A DNA stretch of 62,979 bases, filler included, from Choristocarpus tenellus KU-1152 (GCA_964200185.2; 5 parts of 5 records of this genome joined end to end with filler, not necessarily neighbours in it); one strand, 5' to 3'. Shown: positions 40,201 through 55,200, counted from the first letter of the whole stretch. The notes: a model not told the origin generated them from the letters alone. Made by a program: numbers and translations.

Positions 40201-43200
40201 GTTTCCCTCACCATAGCCCCACCAGGACAAATCACAAGGTAACGAATAGGCTCTGGTGGACAATGGCGGAGCACTACAACAACATCCTCCTCCATCCCTC
40301 CTCGCAACCTCTCACTGATCCATCCATTAGGTGTCTTCAACCGGGGGATCCCACACGAGCAGATTATCCTCACACTAGCTGTAGTGACAGCACCATATGG
40401 CAGATTTCCCACAACAGACGACTCATCGATTTCTAGGCCATCCCGCATAGTAGCACCCTTTGGATAGACCACACGCAACAGGTATTCCGCATCCCCCATC
40501 TCAATACCCATGACATCTTCTTCTCCGGGCTCTTTCGCCCCGGAACTTTCCTCAGCTTCACCTTTGCCTGAGTCTTCCCCGGCACCAACACTGGCAGCTA
40601 CCACTGCCACTGTCGCCATCCTACTTGATGTATCCTCAGTCTCCTTGTCCCCTCGATCCTCCTCACTGTCCTTGAAGTCGCCCTGATCATTGTCCTGACC
40701 AGTGGCCCCCACATCAGTAGTTTCCCCATCTCCACTCACTAGCAAAAACTCGCGGTCATCCTCCTGCTCCCCGTCTCCTTGAGTTTCCTTTGCATCTCCT
40801 CTCACCCTCAGTCTAGCCATGATGTTGCCTACTTCCTCACCAAAGTTATCTATTCGACGAGCCAAGCCATCCTCCTCCTCATCTGTCTCTTTGCCATCAT
40901 CTCCCATGGCTAACACCTGTAGTATCTCCAGTGCTTCAGAGCCTTCAGGGGATTCCCCAGGACAGGAGGCCTCATCCCTACCACCCCTTGCGACTTCTTG
41001 TAGAAGGTAGAGCTGCTCATGCTTTTCTGCCTGCAGGGTGTGAATGGAATCATAACAAAGGCAGCATAACAGATAACTCAGTAACACTAAGACTGAGGGT
41101 TGATTTTTTTTTTCTTCAAAACACACTTCAAAAATTAACCCAATCCAAATGCATAGGCCATAGGATTGGGCGGTACTAATGCTTCTTGTACATCTTCCCT
41201 ACCCGTACTCCTGACCCTCAACCACGGGTAGGATTAGGGCTTTACCTGCAGCTGCTGGGCAAGCTGTAACTCCTGACGCCTATATTTCTTCCTCCTGTTA
41301 CTGAGCCTAGTGCTAGAGTCGCTCTTACTGGAGGATTTCTTGAGTCGCCCTGACCCTTTGCCTTCGGTCTTTGCACTGCCCTTGCCCCCTCCCCTTCCTG
41401 CTGCAGATGCCTCTCTCTCCTTCCTTGCAGCTTCTTCCTTGGCCATGTGCTTGCGGCGTTCCTCCTGTTTCTTGTCTCGGATTCCTTCCCACTCCCTGAC
41501 CCTGCCAATAGCTTCCTCGTCTGATGCCTCTCGAACCTGCGTATTGGTTGCATATCATGACACCAGCAGGGTCTCAGAATAGACGTTGACATCATATTCA
41601 TTGTTTGGATGGACAATGAACTAAGAAAAAAATAAATATGAATTCCAGAAACTACTCTTGAGCGCAAGAATACACATATATAAGACACACAAAGCCATAC
41701 AAATTATCACAGACAAATGAACAAGGAACATATCTCACCTTCACACCCTTATCAAACATCCACGCTGACACGTCAGCCTCATCCTCCCAGTCCTCTACTA
41801 CCTCCTTCTGCTTCCAGTTGGAGGATGGAGTCAGCAGCAGGTGAACACCATGCTGCACACCCATAAACCAATGCCCCCTCCACACAGCACGCACACTGGC
41901 AAGGGTCAAAACTCCTGGTCCATGCTTCTGCCCATTCTCAAAGCGACCTTGGAAAGAAGCAGGCCAGAGAGGCAATGAATCTTTCAGCGTGTCCACCCTG
42001 TACACTCCATTTGCACCTTCAGCAACCCCACCTTGGTTGCTGCTATCCTCTTTCCCATCTGCCTCATTCTCGGTCCCTTCAACATTTCCCTCTCCCACAT
42101 CTTCCCCCCCCCTTTCCCTTTCCCCTTCCCCTTGCCGTTCCTCCACAACCTCCCCATGCCCACCTCCTCTCTCCCCCCCTCCCCCTTCTCCATCTGCTTT
42201 CTGTTCATCCACAACCTCCCCATGCCCATCTCCTTCCTCCAATTCACCCCCTCGTCGCACTCCCACCTCTTCCTGCCTTGCTCCTCCTCCTTGAAATATT
42301 TCATCTCCTGCATCTTCCCCAGCAGCCTCCTCCCCCCCCACGCCCTCCTCAGCAGTGTCTCCCTTAGCCTCTTCCACTACCTTGTGAATTAAAGCACCTT
42401 CACCCTCCTTGAGACCAAGTAGCAATGCTGAATCCCCCCCACAGCGTAGTGATATACAAGGGAGTACCCCTTGAGCCTTGCAAGACTCAGACTGCCCCAC
42501 CCCCAACACCTTGTCCCCCACATAATAACCATTCTTCAGGAAACATACTGATCCTGCATCGATATCTAGCTCAACACCAACCACATCACCACTCTCAAAG
42601 CCCCCTCCTGGGCACGGTGACTCTGATGCCTCAGTCCCTCGCACAAAGTAGCCATCAGAGCGATAGCCCCATAAGTCTTTACTATCTCCAACCGTTTTCG
42701 CATCGGAAGAGCCAATGTTGTCGCCACTATTGCCACCCTCAGTGCCACCAGAAGGAATCTGAGGTGCTCCAGCACGGTTTGCAACCACATAACTACAGAT
42801 TCCCACAGTCATACGTGATGTACAACACAAAATGCGCCACTCCCAAAGCCAGGTACCCCTGACATACCCAGTGTTAGAACTAACACCATCAGTTGCAATG
42901 ACCCCAGAAGAGCCTGGTACCTGTAATGGTACAGGGTCCAGTGCTGCTTCTGCATCAACAGTAGCTGAAGTAGAGGGCAAGGGTGGTGGTGGTGACTGCC
43001 CATGTGGTGTTGTCAAAGTTTTAACATATTGCCCTTTGCTTACACTACTATCTACCACTGTGACAACATTCTCATCTGGGGTAAGATCATTTCCCCATGT
43101 GATTGAATCAGGGAAAGAAGGATCATCATGACCTCCAAAATGAGGGTACACCTCCACACTAGCCAGTGCAGCTGTCCCAAGAGCAGGTCCAAAACTCAAT

Positions 43201-46200
43201 GCTGAGAAGCCATGTCCCACTGTAGATGTGCTGTTGTCACCATTGCCCCCCCCCACAACACAAATATACCTTGGACAAACATTGGGAGCAGACATGAAAA
43301 GGTGGGGATCTCTCTTGTGAGAACAATTTGACTACAACAACTAAATTAGTAATTGAGCAGCACAGCCTTGCCAAGAACAGACCCCAACATAACTCAAACA
43401 ATATCCAACCATGTACGCGAGAGATCAAGCGTGAATCTTAACATCTCACAGGAGACATAAGGGATAGGGAAGAGGGGGGGGAGGTCAAGATATACTCACA
43501 AGAGAGGTCCTGCCAACAAGTTTAACATAGCTAGCTCTAGCCTTATTTACACTCTCCAAGTTGTACTCTACCCCCCAAATGCTAACTCTCACATCCATAG
43601 CTCCTACTAATATTTACAATATAGATTCCAATTGGGACAAAATAGAGAAACGAAGTGCATCTATTACTCAAGGTTACAATACCGATACTAATTGGGACAA
43701 TCTAAGTAGCAATAAAATTTAACCTCACCTTACCTTAGAAAACCCTTCCAAACCTTTCACACAAGCATTGACAAAACAATTAGCCCTCCAAACCTGGAAC
43801 TAACAAGCAAAGGGTGGAAAGGATACACCCTCAAGTATCCACGAGCAAATCTGGGATCAGTGAAACCATTGTGCCAAAAAGTTCTAACCCCCATTCAAGT
43901 ACCCTTTACCACCCCCAACAATTACAAAGATTTACCTGCAGTCAGACGACTGATGCATTCCTCCTCTCTTCCCCACTGGCTCTGTTAAAGGTTTAATCCC
44001 ATCCCGACCCTCTGAAGAGTCTACAATTCCCTGTGAAGCCACAAGTCGGTCAGGCAGAAGTCCCACATTAATCCTCATGCCGCCAGGACCCAGCGGCCTC
44101 ATCTTTGTTGCATGCGCCTTAGCAGACCACACTCCCATGAGCTTGCCCTCCACCCCATCCTTACAGAAATTCCCACTTATCGTTGCTCCTGACATCCATC
44201 CCACACGCTCAGGGACTCCTTGGATGATCTCACCCGCTACACCTTCCAAGGTCATGGAGTCAGTTGTGCCGCCAACCCAACCTGAGAACTCTGTTGTTGC
44301 TTGCTCCTCAGGGAGTTCCAGGGTCCCCTCCACTGCAATTGTATCTTCACCCCTCTTCTCCCGGTCCTTAGGGTCCTTTGATATCAGGGAATGGCGAAAT
44401 CGAAGGGTGACGATCTGCCTGCTAGGTCTGATCCAAAAACCCTCCACACCTTGCACAGGATTACACGTGAGAGTACCTGTCATCTCAACAACCCCATCAC
44501 CTTCAATACCCCAATGACCAAGGAGTAGCTTGTGCCACAGACCCAACAAGGGAGGATCACACAAAGAAAGAGGATGGGGGTGGGGTTGGAGGAGAGGAAT
44601 GGGAGAGAAGGGAGAGGAGGATGTGGGATGGGGTGGACGAGTTAGTGAATGGTGTGCTAATTCTGAATAGTTTGATGGCCTGTACTTTCACGTCAAATCC
44701 CGTTCCCTTATCTTCCCAGCACCTCACCTTACAAAGCGACTTCTCTCCACTCTCCTTTCCTACCACCTCTAACCCCCTCTCCTCCTCCTCCTCCTCCTCC
44801 TCCATTACCACCTTTCCACCCTCGTCAAAGTCTGGGCACAGTCCCACTGCAGCCAACAGCTCCCACCTTCCATGCCCTCGAATGGGTCCTAATGGAGCCC
44901 CAGTGCAATCTTCCCACTTCCCACCTCCTGTGATTAGGCAGCTGGCATGGTTATCTGTCCAGTCTGTGACGGCAGAGCCCTGTCCCTCATCTAAACCCCA
45001 CAGTCCTACCAAGCCTTTGGTTCCAGATACATCACGTTTCATGTCTCGCTGGAGTTCCCCTGCTGTTCGGGCATACCGCCAGTACCTGCAATCAAATTTG
45101 GGGAAGGAGGGGTGATGGGGAGGGGGTGGAGGGGTGGGGTTGAAGAGCAGGTGGAGTTTACCCCTTCAGGTTCAGATACATGGTATACAATGGAAACTAA
45201 AGGCATTCTGCAGTGTGCTGGTGCAGCATAAGAGAGTGTTTTAGTGTACAGGCAAGGGTAAGGATTGTAACTTTTGGCTAAGGTAAGAGGACTCAGGTAC
45301 AGCAATAGAGCAAAGCTGTGGAGCTGGGTTGGAAGGATATGATACATACACACTACACCAAGTAAATACCACAAGTTACATCAGCACAGCACAGTACCCT
45401 GAGCTAACCTTAACCTTACTGAAGTCTTAAATCCAAACCAAAAATTGAATTTATCAAACACTAACATTTGATTAATTTAAATCCAAGCTGTCAAGAAATG
45501 CTCCGCAAGAATCCTGCATCATACGCCCAAATCCAAACCTCATCAGTCCACTGACATCTCCCAGAATTCAAGCGCACTGCCAATACTAGTCAGATAGATT
45601 AATAGGATATAGAACTAGAGACCATGGGGTGAATAGCAACATGTACACCAATAGAATAGAATGGCCAAAACCTTGCTTGAAGTCAATAGCATGCATCTTC
45701 ATTCTGCAACACTTTGCTTTGTCAATCTTTGGACCACTTCCAAAGCATCACAAAGTACAGCATCTATCCTGCTCTCACCTCACACTTGCCAACCGACCCA
45801 CAAATGAGCCCCCATCAGCATTACTGGAAGCTACCACCTCCTGTGCCCGTGGACCAGCCCCAAGGCACCCCATGGGCAGAGACATGCACAGCGTCATGGA
45901 GTTCACAGCAATACCATCTGCATAGAGGGTCACAACACTGTCTGTGTGGCGGGATGCAACCAAAGCAAGGTGCACCCAGCGCCCCCTGGGCACCACATAG
46001 TCAAAGACCCGATCTTTCTCTCCGCTAGCACTCATAGAGACACATAACGCCTCCGAAGGCACTTCCTCTTGATCATTTTCCTGCCCTTGATCTTCAATGA
46101 CCTTTTTGCCCCAGAGACCACGCTCAACACTTCCATTTCCATCGATGCGCTTGTCCGTTGTTGAAGGGCTGAACAGCATACCTCCAAGCTGCAGCTTGAT

Positions 46201-49200
46201 GTGTCCACCCTCTGAGGAGGCCAGGTACTCTGATGGCACTACATCCCTCTTAACAGACTTGCTCCCAGTCCCTTGTGATTGTCCCTCCCCATCCTTCGCA
46301 TCAAGTGAAACACCCTTGCCACTATCCAAGACACCTCCACTCTGCGCCAACGTTTGATTTGACAGATGCACCCCTCTCAAACGATGCCCCCAACTAGTAC
46401 GAGGTCGAGCAGGACCAGAGGCATCATTAGTCACAACACTCTCAAAGAAGTTACTCCTCACCGAGGGTGGGAGGGACGCAGGATGTGACTCCAAAAAGTC
46501 CTCACAAGGTAGAAGCAGCGCCCCTGTCCCTTCCCCTACCCCTGACCTAGCCATCACACCTGTATGAGGCCGAAGCCCCTGTGGTGCTGCAACGCGAACT
46601 GGCACCGGTACAGGCGAGCTACTAGTGGAAGTACTACTCTCTGTCCTTCCACTACCGCCCCTCCCCCTCCCCCTGGGGGCTACCCTCTCCATTCTGCTCC
46701 CTTCACTCTCTTCCATGGCACCCTCCTCTTCCCACTGCTCCCCACCCAAGTGCTCTCCTACTCCAATGCTGCCACCTCCACGGCTCCCCCTGTCCCCTGT
46801 GTCCCTGCCTACAGTATCAACTGCCCGAGTACGGAAGAGGCTTGGGGCTTCGCAAGGGCTCGTGGGAGGTAGCTGATTGAGGTCAACCGCACCTCCAGAG
46901 TTGCTGAAGGCACGTTCCATTTGGGGAGGTGTGGCAACCTCATGCTGCTCCAGGCCCAACTGAGAGCCACCTGAGCCACTCTGAGAGCCGCTCTGTTCAG
47001 GCCCTTCACTATTGCTGATCACCCTTTGCATCAGCGATATACCAGTGGCTTCTCTTGCCAAGGTGGAGAGACCGTCACTAAATACCTTCCTAACACCACC
47101 GCCCGGTAGCAATGTTGAACGCTGCCCAAGGATATCAGGTGGTCCCCATGCTCGTGAGCCATGGGAGAGATCCTGTTGGGGGGGTGGGGTTGAAGCTTTG
47201 TCCTTGTCCCTGTCCTTATCCGCTTGTCCCCCTCCCCCACCCTCCTCTCTGAACACCCAAAACTCTGCTGTCCATGGGGGTTCCAGATCCCGACCCCCTA
47301 GGGCTACATATGCAGAAGGTGAGGGCAGGCACACAACTGAGCGGCTCTCTCGCTCCAGGCATTCAGCATTCCCTGGTCCTAAGCCTTTGTGATCTGCATC
47401 AACATCCGCTTGAAGGGTTTCAACACATGCAGGGGCAGTCTCCTTGATCTGACCACCATCGAGTCTGAGGGCAGTCTTCCTTTCACCCACTGTCTTGGAG
47501 GACAGTTTTGCATCATCTCGTTCACGAAGCACTCTACCTGCCAGGTCAGCAGTTGCCACTAGATCAAGTACAGCCTGCAACACCCTCGACAGCATGGGCT
47601 CATCCTCTGCCTCCTTCAACATTCGCCTCCTAGCAAGGGATTGAAGACGCTCCACTGGCAACGCATCCAAGCATAGACGCAAGTGTAAGTCTGCTCTAGC
47701 TACCGCCGACGCTATCACCTCCTCCTTCCCCAAACCACCACCTCTGTCCTTAGAACTTTGAGCACGATCCAAGGCAATGATGGCTCCATCCAACAGGCGG
47801 CTCAGCTCTGCACATACATGTTGTTTTAGAGGCAACGACGGGGAGCGCAACCCTACCGCCCAAGCACAGAAGACGCGATGTGCTGGAGACCATACCCCAG
47901 AGCCCTTCTGCACTACACGTGTTGCCCATCTCACAAAGGGAAGACGAGGTTGGCACACACAGTACGCATCATCCACATCAACAGTATCTGAGGACCCCCA
48001 GCTCTCGTCCACATACCCCTGGCGTGAGGCCTGGCGAAGTTGCCCTGCCACCGACTGCAGCAGGGCCTCCTCCAACTGTGCTCCAAAGGCATCAAGCTGA
48101 AGATCTTTCTCTGTATATACTCCTATGTGCTCTCTCCCCTCATGTCCACAGTTGCCCTTCACTTCCTCAACACAGTTGTCTTCTTTACCGACCTCCTTTT
48201 CCTGAGAAGATGCTGCACGGGCTGCCCCAAGCAGGCTGGAGAATAATGGCGTGAGGACCACTGGCAGGGCATGGAAACACTCTGAGGCAGGTTCATCTCC
48301 ATCTGGACAAGAGCCATCTTCATCCTTGACCTCAGGACCCTTCTCGTGATTCCTATCAACTCTCTGGTCTCCTCCACCCTCACCTTCCCCAATGCTATGA
48401 AGTGTGTTCCATGAGCTGCTCACAACCTGAGAGCCTCCACCATTTGCCAGAGGCCACCAAATGGGGCGCCACCCACGGAAGAGCACAAGCCTTAAGAAGA
48501 CAACCAGCTGGTGAGCTGTTGCACGTGTAGACGATGCACCAACTGCAGCAGTCGAGGTGGTTGAACCAACTGTACCATGAATGGACGAAACTGCAGTCAC
48601 ATCCTCCTCTCCTGCCCCAACTGTCGAGGAGGCTGCAATCGTCGTGTTATCAGCAGTGCCCTCATCAGCTTCCTCCTGGCCTTGAGACTCTCCAACAGGA
48701 ACATCATGCGCACCAAGAAACCCTGCCACGGTCTGGGAGAGCCTGATTTCTCGTGCAACCCTGAGATCCCTGTTAGCTTCTAACAGCTCTACTTTAACCT
48801 CTCCTTCCGTATCACATGCTGGTGCAGGATCGTGTTGCACCTCAGTATGGCACTGCAGGAGTGTTTTCAGAAGAAGCTGCCTGCAGTGCAATGACACCAA
48901 CATGGAGGCTGTAGAGGCCAGTTTTTCTTTGGTGGACGAGAGACTCAGCGAGGCCACAGTAGCCCACCCCCCTGGGATATTTGGGTGTCCAATAACCATG
49001 GCCCTCCTTTCGCTGGTGACCCTTGATAACCCTTCTGCACTCCCAAGGCCCTCCACCCCAGCCAGGCAGCTTGCAGAAGGGAGAGTCCACCCCTGACGGG
49101 ACCCAAACATCCGTTCATCTCTGCGGTAAAGGTCTACTCCTGCCTCCACCTCCAGGCAGTCCTCAACCTCTTCCGCAAGACGGGCCTCTGCAGCACCTCC

Positions 49201-52200
49201 AGCAACCTCCCCAGACCCTCCCTCCTGCCTTCTTGCATCTCCACCTCCAGACTGTGAGCTCTTATCCAAGGGGATTAGTGCACCCCCCCGCCGACCAACC
49301 CACCCTTCAACAGGGGTCTCAAGGCGCAGCCAAACGTGACCACCACCACTCTCCACCTCTTCCACCACCACCATCTCAGCCCCTTCCTCCAGAACCATCA
49401 CCTCTGCTGAGCGTAGACTTGGTCTTTGACGTACCCTGACACCTTCTGAAGCAGCCACTCGGTACAGCACTCCACCCTCAACAGCACGAGCACCACACCG
49501 TACCTCCAACATCCTATTGGTTCCAGGGGCAGCGCTTGTACCAGATCTTGAACCAGAGACAGAGCCTGAGCCCGAGCCTGAACTGGATGCCAAGCCTCTT
49601 TCACTGCGCGATGGTGGAGCGCCAGTTCTTCCATGTCCCTGACCATGGTATCTGTTAGCTCGGTCCACCGGCATGGGGAGACGGTCCAGTTCCAGTCCAT
49701 CCCAAGCAATGCTGGGGGAGTCTATGCAGGGACCTGGCCGTAGTAACTCTCTCGAAGCTGTTCGTCGAAGAGCCCAGACAAGGGGCTCAGAGAGGTGCTC
49801 TATGCCAGACCTCTGGCACATGATGTTACTCCTCTCTCTGCTGTTCCTTGACCCTCCTCGCTCGTTGGCATCCCCATCCTGGTCACCATCATCATCGTCG
49901 TCGTCATCATCCTAAGGTTGAGTCAGGGTTAGGGTTTGACATGTGGAAACAAGCGGTTGGGTGTACACAGCATGGCACTAAAGTGCCAAAGATATTCTTC
50001 AAGAACTCAAGGAAGATACTTATATTGCACAAGATGTATCACAAGGGTGTAACTTAATTCTGTCTGTACAACCAAGTAGGCCTACCATTATCTCCCACAG
50101 GGATGCATGTCTCAACACATCTACGTAACCTGAGGGAGACTAAAGCCCACAAGTCTTTGATTAGCACAAACCATTAGTGACAGGGACAGGGAAGCTTGGG
50201 GCAAAGTCCTCAACAACCCTGATACAAACAGGGAATACATTCACCGTGAGAGCTGCACCATGATCTTGGTTTCAAAAACATGAAAAACACAGAATTCGTA
50301 AACAAAGTCAAACAAGCTGAATAGAGTCACCTCCCCATCTTCATCTTCATCGTGGTCATCATTATCCTCTTCATCATTTAGTTCCTCATCAAACTCATAC
50401 AGCCTCAAATGTAGCCATTCCCCTTCCCCCCCCACAGCTGTAACCTCCTCCCCAGCATAGAGAGCACCAACCTGAGAGAAGTGCCATCATCGAAAATGTC
50501 AACCTTTGATATGTTAACAATATTAAGATGGAGATAGCAAGGAATATTGCAGGGCAAATGAATACTCTAAGTCTCATCAATACTTTCCACATTAGAGTAC
50601 TTGGACCGGACAATTATCAGTCGTATTTGCTTTCATCTGTAGAAAAAAAAAGTGGCATGAAAGAGATCCTAGCCCATACCTCTAAAATCAGAAAGATAGA
50701 ACTGGGAACTTTAGTCCCGTTCATAAATTTCTCATAGGATCAATTTCGTCTTTTGATGTTTGAGAGTATAAGGATTGCCATATACTACTGTTATCTCAGA
50801 TAAACAATTCAGAATGGAACGTTTCGTTATTATTGATCGGGCAATGACTAGAAATAACTCAGAGATTGAAACAACTATTTGCCTGTCCCATGGATTGAGT
50901 CAGAGGACAGATGCCCTAACTGAATGGAAACAGCATGGCATGAACAAAGTGCTTGGCCTGCACAATGAATGTATTCTCTCTTTTCCTTCTAACCATTTTA
51001 AAAAAAGAGAGAAGCGTGAGCATGAAAAAAATCCCATATGTACACTCTATTGATGAGATAATGTAATTCTTCATAAAACTTGTCCACCATCCTGCACATT
51101 CTGGCATGAATCCTGAGTCATCGTGCAACGCATTAGGGTGTTAGTACAAAGTGTGCTGTTGCAGCAAGTGTCATTACCTATAATCTCATACTTTGTGACA
51201 AACTTAGTGCAACAATCTCATTCTTGCAATGGTCCAATTTCATTGTTGGAGGAATTTCTGGCACAACTTAAGTACCCCTTTGAGAGTCCACACAACTATC
51301 TCAATGTGAAGCCAAGAACACACTATGTTATGTCAATAGAGAACCTGTGCACTTGAAGAACAAGGGAGTCCAACTATTCATATCCCATCACCCTAATCCT
51401 AAATTGCAGAACAGACCTTGCCAAAAGAGTCAGATATTATCCAAAACGAGAGCAAACCCACCCCATTTTACTGCCTTCCTAGTCTCCAAATAATTTTCAG
51501 CAACGGAAACGCTTCAAAAGGCAAGCGTCCTGCTACACCTATTCACACACACATACCTGGTGGTCACAGAGGGAACTGTATGGTGTTAGCAAAATACTCT
51601 CAACTACTACAGTCACTGGAGGATTGGGCTTGCAGAGGATGAAGTTGGAGGCCAAGCAGAGTTGGAGAGATACCAAAAAAGACCACACACTATTCCAGGG
51701 ATAGACTTTTCTTTTCATCCTGGCAAGTGCCCACACAATGATGTCATTGATATCGATCGGAGACTAATAATACAAGCAGTGGAATAACGTCAAGCCATTC
51801 CCATGAATGTGGAGAATGCATGCCTCAAAGCACAAAAAATATGAAGCAGAGCAACACAAACAAAACTCTCAAAAAGAAGCTCGTCCATGATTGGTCAAAC
51901 TGTTGCACTTACCTCCCCCACACAACATCTCAATTTTTCCCAACCAAGGCAAATATGAACACATACTTTGAGATACAATCATCTCTTGTACCGTCATCTT
52001 CTCACAAAAATCCTTCCCAACCATAAATAGAACAGAACCACCACACTGCCCTACATCCACAAGTCACACGGTAGTAAAGGCAAACCTCACCTGATGCGAA
52101 CTGGTCCGTGGTTCTGCATGGAGAGTGAGCACAGTTGCCTCTTCTGCCATGCAGTGAAATAGGCTAGGCCAGCTGACACCATCAGCACCACCTTCACCAC

Positions 52201-55200
52201 GACCAACCCCTACACTCCAGTCTTCCTCCCTGCTTCCTCTACTTCCACCACCTTCTCCCCTTGGCGCAGTATCCTGAGCAGAGCCTGGTGTGCCTGTGCT
52301 GGCCGCCTCGTCTCCAAATAGGTGAGGGTTACCTTCATCTTGCTGAACCCCTTCAGTGACATCGGATTGCTGCAGTATCATCTTATTGGGATGTTTTCGG
52401 AGGGTATTCCGAAGGAAAAAAAGAAAGAAATATGGGATAGAGTTAGGGGGGGGGTTTACAGGACCTTTTCGCACTGTGTGACAGCACATTCAAGATCAAG
52501 ACAAAACAGGTTACACTGCACACTGAAAGAACGCTGCCCACAGATGCAGAAAGGGACGTGCTAATGATCATCAGAGGCATGTAACAATCAAATACCAATC
52601 ACTACACACCGTAGAAAATTGAGCAAACCTTTCTACTGACTCTCTATGTACTGTGTAAAAGTAGTCATTCTCAAATGCCAAAAATACCATCATGAATCTC
52701 AATACCACTGTTGAATCATACGTTGAATCACTCTCATGACCATCTTCCCAGAATTTCAAACCAGTTATTGTCCTGATTCCAAAGACCATTCCAATCCAAA
52801 AACCAAAGTCTTACCATACCACAAGACTACTGTTAGCCCAACCTCACCTGACTCATTGTCCCAGTCGCAGTGTCCATTCCACCCTCTCCATGCAACCCCC
52901 CCCTTTCCCTCCTCTCTCCTCCCTCCACCCCATCACCCTCAGCATTCCCACCGCTTTCCCCCCCCCCCTGCCCATTGCCTTCGCCCTCTCCCTCCTCCTC
53001 AGTTCCAGTAGACTCAGCATCGGCATCGGCATCTACAGTGGCTTCTGTAACAGCTTGAGACTGCGGCTCAATGTTCTCTCGCAAGGAGTCTTCAACAGTG
53101 AGCACATCTCCATTGGAGAGGATCCAGCTGAGGGCAGCCTCGATATTGTTGCCTGTCTCTACAAGAGCTCTTTGGCACCAGTGTAATGGGAAGCCCATTT
53201 CAGCCATGTGTGCTGATAGTGGGTTGACCTACAAGGGAGGGAGGGGGGATGCTAAGCTTGCCTCGTCCGTCCTCAACACAAATCACACATTTCGTATTTC
53301 ATGCCTTCCATAGCCCACAATCAACTGATGTGCCCCTTTGGAATGGACACGACAGAACAAGGTAAATCGGCATTCAACATACAAACACACATCAATATTG
53401 GCACCTTGCAAAGCATGTAACACTTGCCAACAACCTCTCAGCCGTATCCTCATCCCCTACCTAACCGCACCAATCACACATAAATGTTCACACATCTTTA
53501 TAGAGGATAAACACAGGCAATTTGAACTCTGTCAAATATTCGTCACCTTCGACCCTAAGCCTAACCAATTCTCATAGTCACATACCTCTTTATCGATCGC
53601 CCTTATCAACCAACCATATCTCTGCCAAATTGAATGACTTACCTCATCCTCCACCGAAATATCAAAAGCTTGTTAACTCAAAGCCCATCCCTAAATCCAA
53701 CCCCAATCTAACACTATCATAACCTTGCAGTATTGATTACCCACAAACAAAACTCTTACCTCTACTTCCTCCCAACCCAACTACTGCTACCAATGATCCC
53801 ACCCCTAGCCCTAGACTTATTCCTAACCCAGCACAAACAAAAACTCTACCGAACTGGGCAGCTCACCTCATCCTCTTCCGCATCCATTTTTTCCACATCC
53901 TCCTGTTCCTCCCCACCACCCCCTCCCCCATGCCCTCTTGTCTCCTCGGATTGACTCCCTAGACCCTCATCAGCCTCAGTTGCGCTAGCATCTTGCCGTT
54001 TCTGCCTGCCATCTCCATCTCCCTGCCCCTTCCCCCCAGGATGTCTCAACTTTGAGGATTCCTCTGTTTGTCCCTGGACATCCTGTACAACATCTGCTGT
54101 CTGTCGGGAGCGGTCCCTTTCAACAGTTTCATTTCGGAGAAAGCATAACAGAATTTTGAGAAGAGGTTTTGGGGGATAAGGTCAAATCGTACAGTAGGGT
54201 AGGGTTCAAGGTTAGGACTAGGGTTAGGCGAAAAATGGATCTTGCCACAACATAATGCAGTACAAATATTGGTGCCATAAGGATAAAACATAGCAAAAGA
54301 CATTGTGAACATTTCAATTATTTGAATGTTACAGTACATTCAGGGCTGCAAACATATTGCACCCACTATTATCACAGGAGCAACAATAACAGCAAAAGAT
54401 AACAGTTAGATAGGGCCAGGCAAAAAGGGCAAACATAGATGATCAGGCAAGAGATGTCAGGTTCATTCTTCCTTCCATGGGGTATCAAGGCAACGAGAAC
54501 ATAGAGCTTGGAACAGCTGAGAGATATTTTTACAAAAAAAATCTCACAACCAGCCCTTCAAGAAATATCAATCTCATTGTACCCAATCACAACATCAATA
54601 GCCCTCCTTCTCTCTCCGGTCCTACACCCAACAGTAAACCCAATCCTACCATTAGAGCACCACAAAATAGCCCAAATTTATTCCCACATTTTCAAAGTCA
54701 ATGCAACAAAAACATCAATGAAAACCAACATAATCCGTGAGCATAGCACCTGGCTTCCTGCACACGTCTCCCCCTTCCATCCACTACGCAAAAGTGCCAA
54801 TGTGCCAATAGCATTGATAACAGCTCCTCCAGGGCACCCACATCCCCTAAACCCGCCGACGGTGTAACTGCTGTTGCAGACTGCAGCAGCACAGCACCAG
54901 CACATCGCCTTCCAACCACACTGCCAACACCACAACTACTATGCGAAGTGTGTGAAGCTGACCTCACAAACTCTGCAGCAGTTGGAGGATGCAACAGCAA
55001 CTCCTGGGCAGCCTTTGCTGCCTGGAATCTAACCAACCCCATCAAGAGGTTTCTGTCTAGAGCTTTGTTCATCAGGATGTCCTTAAGTCCAGTGCTATGC
55101 CCTAACTTCTCCTCATGCCCTGGAACTGATCCCCCAGACTCTCCTCCAGAAGCAGCCACCTCTTCACTCTCAGGTGAGAATGCCCCCTCCAATGTCTCGT

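Noticed and set aside
41975-49915. Many Pro/Ser/Leu-rich plus-strand ORFs
   Set aside because: They are antisense shadows of the Gly/Glu-rich minus-strand exons.
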